From an uncultured delta proteobacterium (GTDB taxonomy: Bacteria > Desulfobacterota > Binatia > UBA9968), in the NCBI GenBank assembly GCA_963727625.1, contig CAVSHR010000004.1, positions 576,001 through 640,000 of the forward strand: DNA of 64,000 bases, written 5' to 3'. The notes beneath the pieces were generated by a model. The model saw only the letters and a program-made list of their open reading frames with translations. It was not told the DNA's origin and ran no database searches. The translations under genes and the position numbers were made by a program. This document shows positions 1 through 9,758 of the stretch, in pieces (within the stretch, counting starts at the first letter, position 1; every line of letters begins with the position of its first letter).

Positions 1-1
1 T

Positions 2-367
2 CTGCGCGAAATGGGCGAAGGCGTGCCGCGCATATTCCAGGAAATGGAGACCTACGGCCTCCATCCGCCGGAGTTGTCGGCGGACGGCTTTATCTTTTCT
101 GTGACGCTGCACAATGCGCCGGTTTACGATGAAGCGACGCTGCGCTGGCTGAACCAGTTCAGCACGGCTCAGATCAATTTGCGCCAGCGCCGGCTGCTCG
201 CCTATGCCTATTGCCACGGCAAGACTTTTTCCACAGCGGAGTACGAGCGGATCGCCGAAGTCGACCGCGACACCGCCTACCGCGACATCCGCCTGATGAT
301 TAAAAACGGCATTCTTGCGCCACTAAAACCAAAGAGCCGAAGCTACCGCATCGTCGAGAAACTTTAA
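2..367 (+). CDS. C-terminal part of an ATP-binding/transcriptional-regulator-type protein (HATPase_c_4/RecG-C-like region plus C-terminal wHTH, often with an AlbA/Schlafen N-terminus); 5'-truncated by the window edge
   Basis: Frame open from position 2 (LRE-MGEGVPRIFQEM...PPE...FSVTL); HTH-like end YERIAEVDRDTAYRDIRLM. Confidence 0.65.
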   Translation: MREMGEGVPRIFQEMETYGLHPPELSADGFIFSVTLHNAPVYDEATLRWLNQFSTAQINLRQRRLLAYAYCHGKTFSTAEYERIAEVDRDTAYRDIRLMIKNGILAPLKPKSRSYRIVEKL

Positions 368-716
368 CACGCCACCGGTTAAGCCGCTCAAGATTCACGT
401 TCGGGTCGTGCCGGAGCCTCGGCGCGAGCAATGGAGGCTCGACGAGCTGCTTGCGTGGTTTGAGAATCGCCGAGTTGGCATTGACCTCTGCCCACTCCGG
501 ATCGATCGAGAACTAAATCCTTGATCTCCTTTCCTCATCCATACTAAAACCTCGGCTCAGTGCTTTTGCTCACTCTGGCAAAGGTAAAAAGTTTCCCAAA
601 ATTATTTCTCGTCGACCACACACTCGATACGCAAGGTTGACAACGGCGCCCGTTCATTTTAGTTCACTCTGAGAAACAGCTGTTACCAATTCCATTGCTT
701 TATCTCGGGAGGGGTC

Positions 717-1307
717 ATGACAAAATCACAGCGCCATCCGGTGTTTGAACAATTCATTCAAGAGCTGCGCGCGGCCTGGACCGAGCTGCCCGACATGGAA
801 GCGCGCATGAAGAGAGGCCGGCACCTGCTTGAAGAATTAGTCAAAAACGAGTCGTTGCGCCAAGCATCGAGAAACTGGCCCTCCACCGAAGGGCGCAAAA
901 ATCTGCTGTTCTACGAAGACCCCGACTTCGGTTTCGCGATCAACGGTGTGGTGCGGGTTCCGGGCCGCAAGGGCAGCATTCACGACCACGCCCATGCCTG
1001 GACCGCATACGGCCTACTCGACGGCAGCGAAAGCTTGCAACGTTTTCGCCGCGTCGACGACTGTAGCAAAGAAGGTTACGTCAAGTTGGAATTGGCAAGC
1101 GTCACGCCGGGAATGCCGGGAAATGTCGATTTGGTTCCGCCCTTCGACATTCACGCCGAACAAGGCGGCCCAACCCGCTCCGTCGCCATTATCCTGCGAT
1201 CCGAGCGCGTCGCTGGCAAAGTGTTACAGGGCAGTTATAACCTGGAGAGCAATAGCGTCCGTCATATCGAAGGACCGGCGAACATTCCCTACGAGATCAC
1301 AGCTTGA
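717..1307 (+). CDS. Cysteine dioxygenase-like cupin protein
   Basis: IHDHAHAW cupin motif 1, DIHAE motif 2, LFYEDPDFGF; SD GGAGG upstream. Confidence 0.7.
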   Translation: MTKSQRHPVFEQFIQELRAAWTELPDMEARMKRGRHLLEELVKNESLRQASRNWPSTEGRKNLLFYEDPDFGFAINGVVRVPGRKGSIHDHAHAWTAYGLLDGSESLQRFRRVDDCSKEGYVKLELASVTPGMPGNVDLVPPFDIHAEQGGPTRSVAIILRSERVAGKVLQGSYNLESNSVRHIEGPANIPYEITA

Positions 1308-1431
1308 CTCGAAATCTACGACAAATAGCTTGCCGCGCGGATTGGACGCGAAAACTTAAGTTCCCATTTAGCCCGGCCTTCGCGCTCGTCGTGGAAACAC
1401 ACTCTGGATCTAGCAAACGGATTCGCAAGGT

Positions 1432-2646
1432 TTAGATTTTTCCCAGAGCGCCCGCCAGGTCTGCGATGAGATCGTCAGCATCTTCGATACCGACGGAGTA
1501 GCGGATCAGATTGTCTTTGATGCCGACGATGAGCCGCTCTTCGGTGCTGAGCTCGTAGAAGCTCATCAGGGCCGGCTGCTCGATCAAACTCTCCACGCCG
1601 CCCAGTGACGGCGCAATCTGCGGGATCTTGCAGGCGTCAACAACTCGCGATGTCGCTTCCAAGTCGCCGTCAATCTCGAAGGAAACCACGCCGCCGAAGC
1701 CGCGCATCTGGCGCCGCGCCACTTCATGCTGCGGATGGCTTGGCAAGCCGGCATAATGCACCGCGCTGACGCGCGGGTGCGCTGACAAAAATTCCGCTAA
1801 CCCCTGAGCATTGGCGTTCTGTCGCGCGACCCGCAACGCAAAGGTTTTCAAGCCGCGCACCAACAGGTAGGCGGCCAGCGGATCGATGATCGCGCCGGTC
1901 ACGTGCTGCAATGAGCGGATGCCGTCGACCAATTCGGCGGAGCCGAGAACCGCTCCGGCCAACAGATCGTTGTGCCCACCCAAGTATTTCGTTGCCGAAT
2001 GCAGCACGATATCGATGCCGAACTCGAGCGGCCGTTGGTTGTACGGCGTCGCGAAGGTGGCGTCGATGAGAGTCTTGACGCGGTGGCGCTGGCCGATCTC
2101 GGCGAAGCGCTCCATGTCGACGATCCGGTTGTAAGGATTGGTCGGCGACTCGCTCACGAGCAGGCGTGTCGTCGGCCGAATCGCTTCTTCCACAGCTTGG
2201 TAGTCGCTCGCCGGTACCACCGAAACCTCGATGCCATATCGGTGCAAAGTCTGGGTGAGAAACTGGCGCGTGCGCCGGTAGGAGTCGTCGGTCACGACCA
2301 CATGCGCGTTGTGCGACAGCACGGCGTAGAGCGTCGTGGTCACCGCCGCCATGCCGCTGGAAAAAAGCAAACAATCCGCCGCGCCCTCTAGCGCCGCGAG
2401 CTTCTGCTCGGCGATGCGTTGGGTCGGGTTGCCGTAGCGACCATATTCCTCGCGTTCGATGCGATGTTGAAAATGATCGTGCAGCTCCTGCGTATCGGCG
2501 AAAGTGTAGGTGGCCGTCTGCACAATCGGCGTGGCCAGCGAATTGCCAAGCTTGGGGCGCGGCTCGCCGCCATGTACTGCCAGTGTGCTGAACCCGGGCG
2601 TCCGGCCGAGACTGCCCGCGCCCTTTTTGCTTTCCGGCGCGCTCAT
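1432..2646 (-). CDS. metB: Cystathionine gamma-synthase (Cys/Met metabolism PLP enzyme), plant-type
   Basis: YGRYGNPT, SSGMAA, ESPTNP, DATFATP, HSATKYLGGHND (PLP lysine), APSLGGVES. Confidence 0.85.
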   Translation of the reverse strand: MSAPESKKGAGSLGRTPGFSTLAVHGGEPRPKLGNSLATPIVQTATYTFADTQELHDHFQHRIEREEYGRYGNPTQRIAEQKLAALEGAADCLLFSSGMAAVTTTLYAVLSHNAHVVVTDDSYRRTRQFLTQTLHRYGIEVSVVPASDYQAVEEAIRPTTRLLVSESPTNPYNRIVDMERFAEIGQRHRVKTLIDATFATPYNQRPLEFGIDIVLHSATKYLGGHNDLLAGAVLGSAELVDGIRSLQHVTGAIIDPLAAYLLVRGLKTFALRVARQNANAQGLAEFLSAHPRVSAVHYAGLPSHPQHEVARRQMRGFGGVVSFEIDGDLEATSRVVDACKIPQIAPSLGGVESLIEQPALMSFYELSTEERLIVGIKDNLIRYSVGIEDADDLIADLAGALGKI

Positions 2647-3992
2647 TAGCCGTCCAGCAAACGCATGCGCTCGACGTAGCGCGAGATCGCGTCGCTGATT
2701 TCTTTAGGATCGGCCTTGAGCTCCAGCGGACGGTTTTGCTGGGTTCCCTGGATGCCCGGCAGAGTGCCAGCGTGATAGGCGATTTTTTGCTCGGCGAACT
2801 TTAGGCCATGCGCCGTCGAGATCACCACGACCCGCTCGTGGCCGCGGATGACCTTGCGCTCCACCAGCTTGCGCAGCGCCGCCAGCGCCACGCCCGTGTG
2901 CGGGCAGTTGAACATACCGGTGCGGTCGGCGCGCGCGACTTCTTCGGCAAGCTCCAGCTCGGAGGCCTGCTCGACGACACCGTCAAAGCGCTGCAACGTC
3001 GCGATCGCTTTGCGCACGCTCACCGGATTGCCGATCTGAATTGCACTCGCCAGCGTCTTGCGCGCGGTCATCGACTCGAAATGCTCGAAGTTTGTTAAAT
3101 AGGAAAGATACAGGGGGTTGGCGTTTTCGGCCTGGGCCACGCAGATGCGCGGCAGCTTGGAGATCAAACCGAGCTCGTGCATCATCAAAAATCCTTTGCC
3201 GAAGGCGCTGACGTTGCCGAGATTGCCGCCCGGCAGGATCACCCAATCCGGCACCTCCCAGTCGAACTGCTGAACGATCTCGACAGAGATCGTCTTCTGC
3301 CCTTCGATGCGCAGGCTGTTCATCGAGTTGGCCAGATAAATATGCTTGTGCTTGGTGACTTCCTGCACCGCCGCCATGCAGCCGTCGAAATCGGTGTCCA
3401 GCGACAGTACCAGCGCGCCGTTGGCCAACGGCTGCACCAATTGCGCAGGCGAGACTTTGTCGCGCGGTAAAAATACTACCGTCGGGATTCCCGCCGCCGC
3501 GCCGTAGGCCGCCAGCGCCGCCGAAGTGTCGCCGGTGGAAGCACAGGCCACCGCGTCGATGGGCTCGCCGTTGGCGATCATTTGATTGACCACGGAAACC
3601 AGCACCGTCATCCCGAGGTCCTTGAAAGAACCGGTATGCGAGTTACCGCATTGCTTGACCCAGAGATCCTCGAGATGGAGTTGCTTGCCGTAACGATTGG
3701 CCCAGAAGAGATTGGTGTTCCCCTCGCAGGTCGAGACGATGTTCGTATCGTCGATAAACGGCACCACCCACTCTTTTTTCGCCCACACGCCGGAGCCGTA
3801 CGGATAGACGTTCTGCCCGACGCGGTCATCGAACAGCTTGATCCAGCCAGCCGCCGCCCGGGTGGCAAGCGCTTCCATGTCGTGGCGCACTTCGAGCAAG
3901 TCGCCGCAGGTCGGACAGCGGTAAATAATTTCCAGCAGGCTGAATTGCCCCGGACAGCCGTTAATACATTGAAACCAAGCGTTATAGCTCAT
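2646..3992 (-). CDS. thrC: Threonine synthase (plant-like subfamily, N-terminal Cys-pair ribbon)
   Basis: [13 protein letters not shown] motif, [40 protein letters not shown]; stop overlaps metB start (TAATG). Confidence 0.92.
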   Translation of the reverse strand: MSYNAWFQCINGCPGQFSLLEIIYRCPTCGDLLEVRHDMEALATRAAAGWIKLFDDRVGQNVYPYGSGVWAKKEWVVPFIDDTNIVSTCEGNTNLFWANRYGKQLHLEDLWVKQCGNSHTGSFKDLGMTVLVSVVNQMIANGEPIDAVACASTGDTSAALAAYGAAAGIPTVVFLPRDKVSPAQLVQPLANGALVLSLDTDFDGCMAAVQEVTKHKHIYLANSMNSLRIEGQKTISVEIVQQFDWEVPDWVILPGGNLGNVSAFGKGFLMMHELGLISKLPRICVAQAENANPLYLSYLTNFEHFESMTARKTLASAIQIGNPVSVRKAIATLQRFDGVVEQASELELAEEVARADRTGMFNCPHTGVALAALRKLVERKVIRGHERVVVISTAHGLKFAEQKIAYHAGTLPGIQGTQQNRPLELKADPKEISDAISRYVERMRLLDG

Positions 3993-4165
3993 GGGAAATT
4001 TTTCTCTACGTCCTCCTCCGATTAGACACCGCGATCCTTTTCACGTCTCGCGGAAAACAGCAAGGCTATTTAGCATACACGACCATATTGCCCGCTTCAG
4101 CGGATTTTTCCAGCGCGCGCAATGACCGGACGTCCATCGCGCCGCTCGCCGCTAAATCTAGCACT

Positions 4166-4405
4166 TCACGGATTCGCATCGATCCAACTTTTCGCCAAGT
4201 TGATGACGAACTTCTCCGCGTCGCCGCTGGTCTTGAAGCGATCGGGCAGGACACCGATCGAATGGCTTTGGCGCTGCCCGTCGCGCCGCCAAGTGATCTC
4301 CGCCCCCGCGGTCCATTGCTTGTCGCTCTGGTTGAGCGAGGTAAACGCGAGAATCAGCCGGTTGTTGTAATAAAGGTTAGCCATCTTGGCCCGGATTATA
4401 GACAT
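4166..4405 (-). CDS. Small hypothetical protein (start may be the Met at 4384)
   Basis: Globular beta-then-helix composition (W-A-A-I-W ... F-T--DAE-F----AK-WID); family not certain. Confidence 0.5.
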   Translation of the reverse strand: MSIIRAKMANLYYNNRLILAFTSLNQSDKQWTAGAEITWRRDGQRQSHSIGVLPDRFKTSGDAEKFVINLAKSWIDANP

Positions 4406-4762
4406 GTCGGGCCGTCATTGCCAAGAATCCCGCTGCCAGGGTCTTCGTAACACCGCGGGCTCCATTCACTTCACTGATCGTGGTCGAGGCATCGAAGGGC
4501 GAGATGGAAGTCGGCGAAGCACGATCACCTTTCACAATCACGGCTCTTGCCACCCACATCCCCAGCCCGGTGCGCCAACTGTTGTCGCACCACCGGGCAA
4601 GCCTACCCTTTCGACATGTCATCAACCTTCCCTCCTCCTTCCCACGATTGCTGTCGCTTCGTCTGTTTCCCTATGGCTTGCCCTTTGCGTTTTCTTTCGG
4701 CCAGCAGATGGTCTCGGAAAAAACAGCGGCGAGCCGGAAGAAAACCTCAGGGAGCAACTTCA

Positions 4763-5116
4763 ATGAACATAAACTGGGATCTGGTCGAGCCGACAGACAG
4801 CGGTATCTTGGAAGAGCTATCGAGAAGGAGCCTGCGCGACGGTGAAAGAAGGCTCATGCTCGCCCTGCTCGAAGGCGCCGTGGAAGACTTCCAAAAATAC
4901 CTCCTGGCCAACGGCAAACGCAGCCAAGAATTATTCCTGGAGGCCGAACGCTGGATCTTGGAAACCGGCAGCCCGTCATTCTTTTCCTTTGAAAATGTCT
5001 GCGAGCATCTCCAGTTCGACCCCGCCTATGTCCGCCAAGGCGTGATGCGCTGGAAGGCCACCAAACTCGTTGAACAGCTCCCGAGTTGCGCTAATCCCTC
5101 CCTGCGTCGTGCGTAA
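4763..5116 (+). CDS. Conserved hypothetical protein
   Basis: SD GGAG then ATG at 4763; ERRLMLALLEGAVEDFQKY...EAERWI...FSFENVCEHL..DP.YVR pattern. Confidence 0.6.
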   Translation: MNINWDLVEPTDSGILEELSRRSLRDGERRLMLALLEGAVEDFQKYLLANGKRSQELFLEAERWILETGSPSFFSFENVCEHLQFDPAYVRQGVMRWKATKLVEQLPSCANPSLRRA

Positions 5117-5240
5117 CGGAATATTATCTGAACTCCTATATTCTGCCCAATAGTCGCGATTTTATACTTCCGCCGGCTTTCGGACGTTGACCCGACGCAC
5201 CGGTGTCCTGTAAATTGATCGTAGGAAGGAGCAACCAACC

Positions 5241-6011
5241 ATGAGCGCAGAACTCGAAGACGTAAAGCGCGAAGTCGCCGCCGCCAACCGCGTGCTCTCT
5301 AACCTGGGCCTCGCCACCGGCCTTACCGCCGCCCTCGGGCACGCCAGCATGCGCGTCCCGTCCGAACCCAATCATTTCCTCGTCAAGGGCCGCGAGTACG
5401 AGCTCGACGCTCTAGCGATCATGGAGCCCGACGACATGGTCATGTGTGATACTGAAGGGTTCCTCATCGGCGGGCGGCCGGGACTGACGCAGTGCTCCGA
5501 AGTCAAGATCCACGCCTGTATCTACAAGACGCATCCGAAGGTCCAGGCGATCGTCCACGTCCACCCGCGCTACACGATACTGATGAGCGTGCTCACCGGC
5601 TCGCTTAAACCGATGCGCCAGGAGGGCGCCCAGGTGCTGCGCAAGCCGCTGCCAGTCTATCCCCATGTAAAAACCATCCAAAGCGACGCCGAAGGTATGG
5701 AAGTCGCAACGTTGTTAGGCGACAGCGAAGCGATCCTGCTGCGCGGTCACGGCGCGGTCACCACAGGAGCCAAGATTTCAGAAGCGGTCATGGGCATGGC
5801 CCATCTCGAAGAGCAAGCGCAGATGAACTACCTTGCTTACGTTGCTCAGGGTAAGGACTATCCTTATTTAGAGGACAAAGTTTTGGATGAAATGATCAAC
5901 CGCACCCCGCTCTACGAGCAGCCGCACTTCAAGGACGTGCTTAAAGGCCGCGAACCCCAACGTGGCGGGACGTGGAATTATCAAAAGAAATCAGCAACAA
6001 GCGCCAAGTAA
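5241..6011 (+). CDS. Class II aldolase/adducin family protein
   Basis: GHAS, SEVKIH, HVHP and LRGHG metal-binding motifs; SD AAGGAG. Confidence 0.85.
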   Translation: MSAELEDVKREVAAANRVLSNLGLATGLTAALGHASMRVPSEPNHFLVKGREYELDALAIMEPDDMVMCDTEGFLIGGRPGLTQCSEVKIHACIYKTHPKVQAIVHVHPRYTILMSVLTGSLKPMRQEGAQVLRKPLPVYPHVKTIQSDAEGMEVATLLGDSEAILLRGHGAVTTGAKISEAVMGMAHLEEQAQMNYLAYVAQGKDYPYLEDKVLDEMINRTPLYEQPHFKDVLKGREPQRGGTWNYQKKSATSAK

Positions 6012-6591
6012 AACATTTTATGTTCGATTATTGGAACAAAATTTCAAAGGCTGCTTAGGCGGCGTCCCATCGGCTTGATTGCGACGAACCCTCTTGATCA
6101 AACGCCGGAAACTCTTCCCATTCAATCTGAATTAAACTCAGGGGAAACATGGTAAGCCAAGACAACCTGAATTCCTAAAACGCGGCGGACTGCTCCCGAT
6201 CCCACTATCCAAGTTTACACGCCAAGAACGTGTAGCTATAGACCTGGAATACCCTTGCGTTTTTCTCACCGTTCCATCGACTCGGTTTGGCCATCTCTTC
6301 CTCCTGGCTGATTCCCCCAGCCTATCTATGGCCATTTCACTCTCACTCATCAAGTGTTCCGAATCTGGTGGGACACGACAGGGAATCTATCCCAAGGAAA
6401 TGCACCAGTTAAATGGCGTCTATACTCAGGCATTCAGCCGACGTCATCGCCGCGTTGGACATCTACACCGGTCAGTGATGGAGTCAAATTGAAGTTGAAT
6501 AGTTTTAGCATCCTCGTACATCGTCCGCCGCAGTCGGCAAAATCGAAGTCTTCTGCATCGATTAAGCGGCTCAAAGACCCGCCGGGTGCAT

Positions 6592-6627
6592 AAAAAAAAG
6601 GGGGCACCCCGACCAGGCGCCCCCTTT
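6592..6627 (-). terminator. Rho-independent terminator of the RRM gene
   Basis: Minus-strand GC-rich stem AAAGGGGGCGCC...GGTGCCCCC followed by a T run. Confidence 0.85.
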
Positions 6628-6652
6628 CTCAATTACTGACGTATCGAGAAAT

Positions 6653-6976
6653 CTACCAGCGGTTACGTCCGCCGTCGCGATTGCCGCCACGGCCTCCGCC
6701 GCCGCCGCCACCGAAGTTATCGCGCTTGGCCATCGGCTTGGCTTCATTCACCGTCAGGCTACGGCCTTCGAATTGCGTGCCGTTGAGCGACGAGATCGCG
6801 GCTTGCGCCTCGCTGTTCGATGACATTTCGACAAAGCCGAAACCGCGCGATTGTCCGGTAAACTTGTCCGAGATCACATTGGCCGATTCCACCGTGCCGT
6901 GTGCCGCGAAAAGTTCCCGAAGACTCCCCTCAGTGACTGAATAAGGCAAACCACCCACATATAATTTACTACCCAT
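6653..6976 (-). CDS. RNA recognition motif (RRM/RNP-1) RNA-binding protein with Gly-rich tail
   Basis: RNP2 LYVGGL, RNP1 RGFGFVEM, VNEAKP; SD AGGAGG. Confidence 0.95.
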   Translation of the reverse strand: MGSKLYVGGLPYSVTEGSLRELFAAHGTVESANVISDKFTGQSRGFGFVEMSSNSEAQAAISSLNGTQFEGRSLTVNEAKPMAKRDNFGGGGGGGRGGNRDGGRNRW

Positions 6977-7177
6977 GTTGTCCTCCTATGAGACAGTGTT
7001 GTTGTCTATAATCCTGAGAATCTAACTGCTAAAGGGGCAGAACATGGGCTCGTGAAATGCTAAGACCGCGCTCTGGTCGGATTGTCATTTAGAAATTGCT
7101 ATCAAAGGATAGAGACGGAAAGAAGCCTTCAAATTTTTCTGTCCTCTCAGAAGGCCGTATACTGAAGAAGATAAGTC

Positions 7178-7206
7178 ACGGTACGTGTAATTCCGGGTGA
7201 AGTCAA
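7178..7206 (-). promoter_or_regulatory. Putative sigma70 promoter of the RRM gene
   Basis: TTGACT-17 bp-TACCGT on the minus strand, about 195 nt upstream of the ATG. Confidence 0.5.
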
Positions 7207-7304
7207 CCCCGCATCGGTAAATCGCAAAAATAATTTTCTCGCCGATACTTTACCTCGCGCAGGCAACGCCCCCCTTTCGCATCCCGATCAAATCGAATTG
7301 CGGC

Positions 7305-7333
7305 TTGACACCCGGTGCCACCTGTTGGAGAAT
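7305..7333 (+). promoter_or_regulatory. Putative sigma70 promoter of the aldolase gene
   Basis: TTGACA-17 bp-GAGAAT. Confidence 0.55.
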
Positions 7334-7362
7334 CCGGCAAAATCCACACAAGGAGAATTCAT

Positions 7363-8337
7363 ATGGTCACTTCCAACGATTTGAAGGGCATCATGGCGAT
7401 GATGCCAGCGTTTACGACCAAGGACGGCGACCGGATCGATGCGACGGATACGGTCGATACCGATGAGCTGGCGCGCGCGGTGGATCAGTTGATCCGCGAC
7501 GGCGGAGCCAACGTCATCACCACGACCGGCAGTTTCGGGGAATTTCATACGCTGCTTTGGGACGAGCATAAGAAGCTGATCGAGGCGACGGTGGCGGCGG
7601 TGAAGAAGCGCGTGCCGGTGTTTGTCGGCTGCACGAATTTGAATCCGCGCGAGGCGATAAGGCAGGCGAAGTTCGCCCAGGAAGCGGGCGCCGACGGTTT
7701 ACTGTTGGGAGTCCCCTTCTATTATCAGGCGACCGTGGACAACGCGGTGCAGTTCTATCACGACGTGGCCGATGCGCTGCCGAAGATGGGCGTGATGATC
7801 TATCATAACCCGACGCACCATCGTGTGACCATTCCCGTCGGAGCGTTCAAAAAGATCACCGAGAAGCCCAACATCGTCGGCATGAAGGATTCGCACCGCA
7901 CGCCGCTGCAGTTCGTCGAGCTGTGCAATATCACGAAAGGCAAAATAAGCATCTTCGTCAACCAGACCCAGATGTTTCCTTATTATCAGCTCGGCGCGGC
8001 GGGCTGCTGGTCGTTCAACGTCTGGATGGGGCCGTCACCGGTGGTGGCTTTGCGTGGAGCCTGCTTGGCGCAAGATTGGAAAACCGCGACACAGATCTGT
8101 CTCGACCTCGAAGGCACCGGCAAGGTCGGCCCGAATATCGGCAACCTATCTTGGCGTGAAAACGTCTTCAAACTTTCCGTCAACGAAGCCGGCTATTGCA
8201 CCGCCGGTCCGCTGCGCGCGCCGTGGAGAATCATCCCCCAGGAAGTCAAAGACAACGGCAAGAAAATCGCGGCGTACTGGAAGGGGCTCTGCGAAAAGTA
8301 TCCGCTGGCCCGGGAGGCTGAGAGAAAGACAGCTTAG
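7363..8337 (+). CDS. DHDPS-family hydratase-aldolase (NahE/PhdJ-like)
   Basis: TVDTDELARAVDQLI, GSFGEFHTL, IYHNP, Schiff-base GMKD; SD AGGAG and ATG at 7363. Confidence 0.8.
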   Translation: MVTSNDLKGIMAMMPAFTTKDGDRIDATDTVDTDELARAVDQLIRDGGANVITTTGSFGEFHTLLWDEHKKLIEATVAAVKKRVPVFVGCTNLNPREAIRQAKFAQEAGADGLLLGVPFYYQATVDNAVQFYHDVADALPKMGVMIYHNPTHHRVTIPVGAFKKITEKPNIVGMKDSHRTPLQFVELCNITKGKISIFVNQTQMFPYYQLGAAGCWSFNVWMGPSPVVALRGACLAQDWKTATQICLDLEGTGKVGPNIGNLSWRENVFKLSVNEAGYCTAGPLRAPWRIIPQEVKDNGKKIAAYWKGLCEKYPLAREAERKTA

Positions 8338-8384
8338 GCGATTTTTCTCGTTCAAGGTTCAAACGTTCAAGGGTTCACGGTCGG

Positions 8385-8427
8385 AAACGAAGCCTCTTTT
8401 CGCTGCTGAGGGGCTTCGTTTTTTTTT
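8385..8427 (+). terminator. Rho-independent terminator
   Basis: AAACGAAGCCTCT...AGGGGCTTCGTTT stem followed by poly-T. Confidence 0.8.
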
Positions 8428-8529
8428 GCATCGCAGCGAGCGCAAATCGACTTGGCGTGTGCTGGACCTTCACCCCAATTTAAGTGTAAAAGACATCATT
8501 GCAGCCAAACCCAATCCAGGGGAGAAATT

Positions 8530-9624
8530 ATGAGCACGACGGCAAATCATAAAATCATCGACGGCGACGGCCATGTGGTCGAGGACATCGCGAGCATCGT
8601 CAAGTACATGCCCGAGGAATATGTCGGCAGGAGCTTTTCGGAGGCGCGGGGAAAAAATCCCTTTCCGCCCATCGACCATTTGCATACCGCCAACCGCCAC
8701 TACACGCCGAAGGGGGCGTTCGCCAACGTCGGGCGCGAAGGCTGGGAGCTGTTTCTCGAAGACGTCGGCATCGGCACCACGGTGCTCTACACCAGCGCGG
8801 GGCTCGCCTTCGGCAAGATCGTCAGCCGCGACTGGGCCATCGAGCTGGCGCGCGCCTACAATAATTGGATCCACGACACTTACCTCTCGAAAAGCCCGCG
8901 CTTCAAGGCGATGGGGTTGATTCCGCTGCAGGAACCGGCCGAAGCGGTGATCGAGCTGCGCCGCATCGTGCGCGATCTCGGTTTCTCCGGCGCCATGCTG
9001 CCGTCCATGGGCGTCAACATGCCGCATCTGGGCTCGCAGAAATATTGGCCGATCTACGGCGAAGCCGAACGCTTGGGCTGCGCCATCGCGATCCACGGCG
9101 GTGCGCACGAAAATCTCTTGATGGACGATATGAGCCCCTACGCAGTGGCCAATGCACTGGGTCATCCAATAAGCCAGATGATCGGTTTTGCCGGGATTAT
9201 CTTCAACGGCGTCTTCGACAAATTCCCCGGCCTGCGCCTGGGCTTCATGGAAGCGGGCTGCGCCTGGCTGCTCACCTGCATGGAGCGCTTCACCGGCTCG
9301 TGGAAAAGCCACGTGCAGCACGATCCGCGCGGCCGCTTCTTGCAGCTGGAAAAAGGCGAAAAGGTCATCGATTATATTCTGCGCCACATCGACGAAGGGC
9401 GCATTTTCGTCGGCTGCGAGGGCGAGGAGCTGAGCATCGCCGAGGCCGTGCGCATCACCGGCAATAAACCCTATGTCTTTTCTACCGACTACCCGCACGA
9501 GGTCGATGCGCAGACGTGCAAGCATGAATTGGAAGAATTACGCGAGAACCCGCATCTGACCGCGGCAGACAAGGACGCCATCCTGTTCGGCAACTCGCAA
9601 AGGTTTTATCAGTTGGCTCAGTGA
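8530..9624 (+). CDS. Amidohydrolase_2 family protein
   Basis: IIDGDGH, ARAYNNW, AIHGG, FMEAG, STDYPH; ATG at 8530 after GGAG. Confidence 0.9.
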   Translation: MSTTANHKIIDGDGHVVEDIASIVKYMPEEYVGRSFSEARGKNPFPPIDHLHTANRHYTPKGAFANVGREGWELFLEDVGIGTTVLYTSAGLAFGKIVSRDWAIELARAYNNWIHDTYLSKSPRFKAMGLIPLQEPAEAVIELRRIVRDLGFSGAMLPSMGVNMPHLGSQKYWPIYGEAERLGCAIAIHGGAHENLLMDDMSPYAVANALGHPISQMIGFAGIIFNGVFDKFPGLRLGFMEAGCAWLLTCMERFTGSWKSHVQHDPRGRFLQLEKGEKVIDYILRHIDEGRIFVGCEGEELSIAEAVRITGNKPYVFSTDYPHEVDAQTCKHELEELRENPHLTAADKDAILFGNSQRFYQLAQ

Positions 9625-9758
9625 GTCTAGAGTTTAAGGTCTAGTGTCTAGTGTTTCCCCTCCCCCAACCCTAGACTCTCGACCCCTCAACGAGATATGA
9701 GACGTGGCGAAGCGAAAGCGGTCCAACACTCCATAGAATTCCAGGAGAAAAAAAAGCG

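Noticed and set aside
375-524. Frame reading VVPEPRREQWRLDELLAW, reminiscent of a MazE antitoxin C-terminus
   Set aside because: No start codon or SD, the similarity is only a few residues, and no toxin follows
3993-4165. Possible SAM or T-box riboswitch upstream of thrC-metB
   Set aside because: No recognisable SAM-I core or T-box motif
4377-4625. Minus-strand ORF possibly paralogous to the 4166..4405 protein
   Set aside because: Only a vague W.ARA.I similarity; cannot be supported
6012-6590. Lower-GC 580-bp spacer with short ORFs, including an SD-preceded 29-codon ORF on the minus strand
   Set aside because: No recognisable protein or RNA motif; probably eroded DNA
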